Source of the DNA: Ascidiella aspersa
Lineage: Eukaryota
Reading direction: 5' to 3'
Assembly: GCA_963924565.1 (NCBI GenBank)
Contig: OZ004607.1
Coordinates: forward strand, 33,480,001-33,544,000
Length of the DNA stretch: 64,000 nucleotides
The notes beneath the pieces are model-generated. The model ran no database searches, had not been told where the DNA came from, and saw only the letters and a program-made list of their open reading frames with translations. This document shows positions 61,023 to 64,000 of the stretch, piece after piece. The position numbers and the translations under genes are program-made. Position 1 is the first letter of the stretch. The number at the start of each line of letters is the position of its first letter.

Positions 61023-63513
61023 CTCGACTGACGATGCTATGTGGAAGTGACTCAATTAAGTTTTCGGAATTTTACAAAACGGAGCGGCTAACGTTGAACA
61101 ACACGTACGTTGTCGGGTTGCTTGGCGTTCGGGAAAGTGGATTTTCCGCGAATCGCATTCAGGCGAAATCCCGTGATCGATGACGCCATAAAAAAACGTG
61201 ACGTTGTGGAATATATAAATTCGCCGGTTAAGACCCCACGTGTCAGTCGTTCACAAAAATGGCAGGTATAGACCTAAAAATTCGTGTGGGAATTTGAAGA
61301 CTAAATTTTTTACAGAGAAAAGCAAAATTACGGTAGTTAGTTTAAGTGAACTTGAAACCGCCTTCGAACAGAATTTCACTATTGCTTTTCGAATAAAAAT
61401 CTGTTCCTTAGTAAACGAGAACAATTGAATGTAATTCAACTTATTGCAGGCTGTCCTAAACTTGACATTTGCAGTGTTCATTTGGATCCACTTTTGAGGG
61501 TCTCATGGTTAAATAAATGCGCCTATTTTTTTCTTAAGGCAGTTTGGACATATTGGACCACAACAGATGTATATAAGCAATCCATCCTAATAGAGGCTTT
61601 ACGAAGATGGACACTGTTAGTGTAAATTTGAAGCCACCTTTTGAGGGTCCTTTAGTCTGTCCACTTAAAAAATTGCGAGGAAAGTTTTATCAACTACCTC
61701 ACGTGCCCTATGCTCGGCGATTAGCGCTAATCGTTTGTCATTCAACGGTGCGACTCTCTTTTATCACGTGCGTCTACAGCAATTATAGTCATTGTTATTG
61801 TGTGACAACGCAGCTATCACGAGGCCTCGTCAAACACAGGTGCCCAAAGGCGACCCAGTCAATACATAATAGCGTAATCAGCCTGACTTCGTCGGTTAGA
61901 CCATCTGTGTAAAGCTGTGATCGGCCAAAACTAGGCCCACGATTGCTTGTGTGGGCGATCTCTGCTCAACGTTGCGTTACACTGTGCAAAGCTATAGCAG
62001 TGCATTTAGAAGTATACTGTTTATTGAAGGAAGCACTGTACATGGGATATATTTTAGGGACCGTAGGATAAATTTGAGACACCGTTTACGGAAATAGACA
62101 CACTTTGCAAAACTACTATATGCGAAGGTGTGAATTGCTTGGTCGACGACAGTTTTGTTCAAACCATCAGTTTACACGCGTTAATCCGAAAGCATTAACA
62201 AAGAGTTCGAATTCTATTAACTCAATTAAGTTCAAAAAGGAAGCTAAATTGCTGTCCGACGCCCATAAAGTTTAAAACGCACAGTTTAAGTACAACTTCT
62301 CCAAACCTATGAAATTACCTTGTTTGAGAAATGGCTATTAAGTGTAAGCCCGATTCGCTTGGGTATACCCGTTATGGATTATACATCGATTTAAAACATA
62401 ATGAGTTAGTTAGGCGAATAGCCTTTAGCAATACATAAATATAGGCGTAGTTGTTTAAGGTCTTGTCTAAGAAATAAGTTGTCCGTAAACTTGATAAATA
62501 GAGTTCGATCGGTCTATAGATCATCAAAGTCGGTCTATAGATCATCAATATTAAGTCAAAGGTTATGACGAGTTTCATGGTGGAAATTGACGCCATGCTT
62601 TCATTGAAGTGCTGTATAGTATATACAGCGATCTTGCTAAGTTGTAGAACAGTTACAAAGAGTGAAAAAACGCTTTCCATCCACCGTTTATCCTCATTGC
62701 GCTTACATTAAATATGGTACGTGCGGCTTGCGTAACACATCGCATTTGACGTCATTTCCGGATTAATTACATTGGATCAATAGATGGATGGAGCTAATTT
62801 GAGGTGTAATTGATTGTATGACCAATTAGCATGGACGTAAGGCTGCTTATCTAGAATTTACCCAAATCAAACGGTCATTAACTGCTTCGTATAGTTCTAA
62901 TAATATAATTCGATCAATTAATGCTAAAATAACATTAGTATTGAACAGCAACAGAAACATACGTATACACAAAATAAACAGGAACTAGCTTGCGGTGAGG
63001 TTTGAAGGAAGCTAGTCGAGAAAAAAACACCAATGCCCGCTGCTTCCATGGGATGTATTAAACAAGACATGTTATTATATTTACCACGGACATATTGAGT
63101 TGAAGTTAAACTTTGAAGCTTAGCACGTAACATTCGCCGATTTGAATTTACCAAAAGCTCAAAAAATAAAATTTGGCATTTAAGACCAACCATGATTCCT
63201 ACTCAAGTAGTATTTACTAATCGAATTCGCGCAGATTATACTTTGTACGGCGAAGAGTTTAAATTTGAAGCATAAACGTTGTAGTTAGTCTAACAATTTA
63301 TCAAGCCCGGGCAAAAGGAAGAGGCATTTTGCAAAATTAAAAAAAAAAAAATAGTTATTTTAAACGATCACAAAAAATGATAGTCATACATCTACATGGG
63401 CTTTGATATTCATACTAACAGTTTAAATCATACAGCAGTTTATTTGTTTGTTAGTAGGTTGCTTTAGTTTCAATATTTACGAAAATTTAAAAAGTTAAAA
63501 AAAAGGACCAAGC

Positions 63514-64000
63514 ATGATTCCTACTCAAGGAGTGGTCCTTCAAGTTCAACAAGGAATGAACCAAAGTGGACAAGCAGACCCGAAGCTGAAAAGCTTTAAA
63601 AGGATAATGAGGGGACTGGGGGTGAGATACAGCTCATTACGCTAAAAAAGAAATTATGTAGACCGAAAATTAATTTTCCGGGCATAGCCTATTTTGTTTT
63701 GCCGCTATTCTTTGTCGGTTTGCTTTTGTATGCTACAGATTTCGTCCGGAGCTTTATAAACAAAAGTAGACATCGTAGAATCCTTAAATTTTTAAGCATG
63801 ACCTATTGAGTGGTATGTAGGAGGGCCTTTAGGCGAGGGCCCTTAAGAAAATGCAAACCTGGTATTTTTGTTGCCAGTACCCGTGAATATAGTGACATTT
63901 GTTAACAATTTTTTTGCAGTACGCTGAGCTTGTGATCGGACTGATTTGCTCTGTTCTTGGAATTGCGGTTCTGGCCAATGCATACGGTGCTAAGCACTTC
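63514..64000 (+). CDS. MS4A/CD20-like protein 2 (partial: exon 1 and start of exon 2)
   Basis: Exon 63514-63621 encodes MIPTQGVVLQVQQ...KRIMRGLG followed by gtgaga. The next exon from 63920 encodes YAELVIGLICSVLGIAVLANAYG. It is paralogous to gene 1 with the same intron position. Confidence 0.8.

Overview
AT-rich, intron-containing animal genomic DNA, probably from an invertebrate and possibly an ascidian; the taxon is inferred, not proven. Bases 1-45.7 kb hold a cluster of six paralogous six-exon orphan class A (rhodopsin-like) GPCR genes. G0 is partial (exon 1 only), B, C and E are intact, and A and D carry nonsense lesions. The cluster was built by an inverted duplication (about 34 kb palindrome, arms about 11472-27152 and 28505-45740, about 1.35 kb spacer) and a tandem duplication of about 8-9 kb with a 4-bp microhomology junction. 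The receptors have an N-terminal C-x7-C-x7-C-x2-C motif and replace the canonical class A motifs (no C3.25, DRY to QRL, CWxP to TTGP, NPxxY to NVLVY). From 51.4 kb there are two tandem MS4A/CD20-like four-TM genes, one complete with 7 exons and one cut by the window end. Introns and intergenic DNA contain hAT-type non-autonomous elements with 8-bp TSDs, fold-back MITEs, tRNA-derived SINEs, probable Helitron and LINE fossils, and Penelope-like element remnants carrying minimal hammerhead ribozyme motifs. Exon boundaries were derived by hand from GT/AG sites, reading phase and paralog comparison. Most short ORFs in the supplied track are antisense shadows of exons or TE noise.
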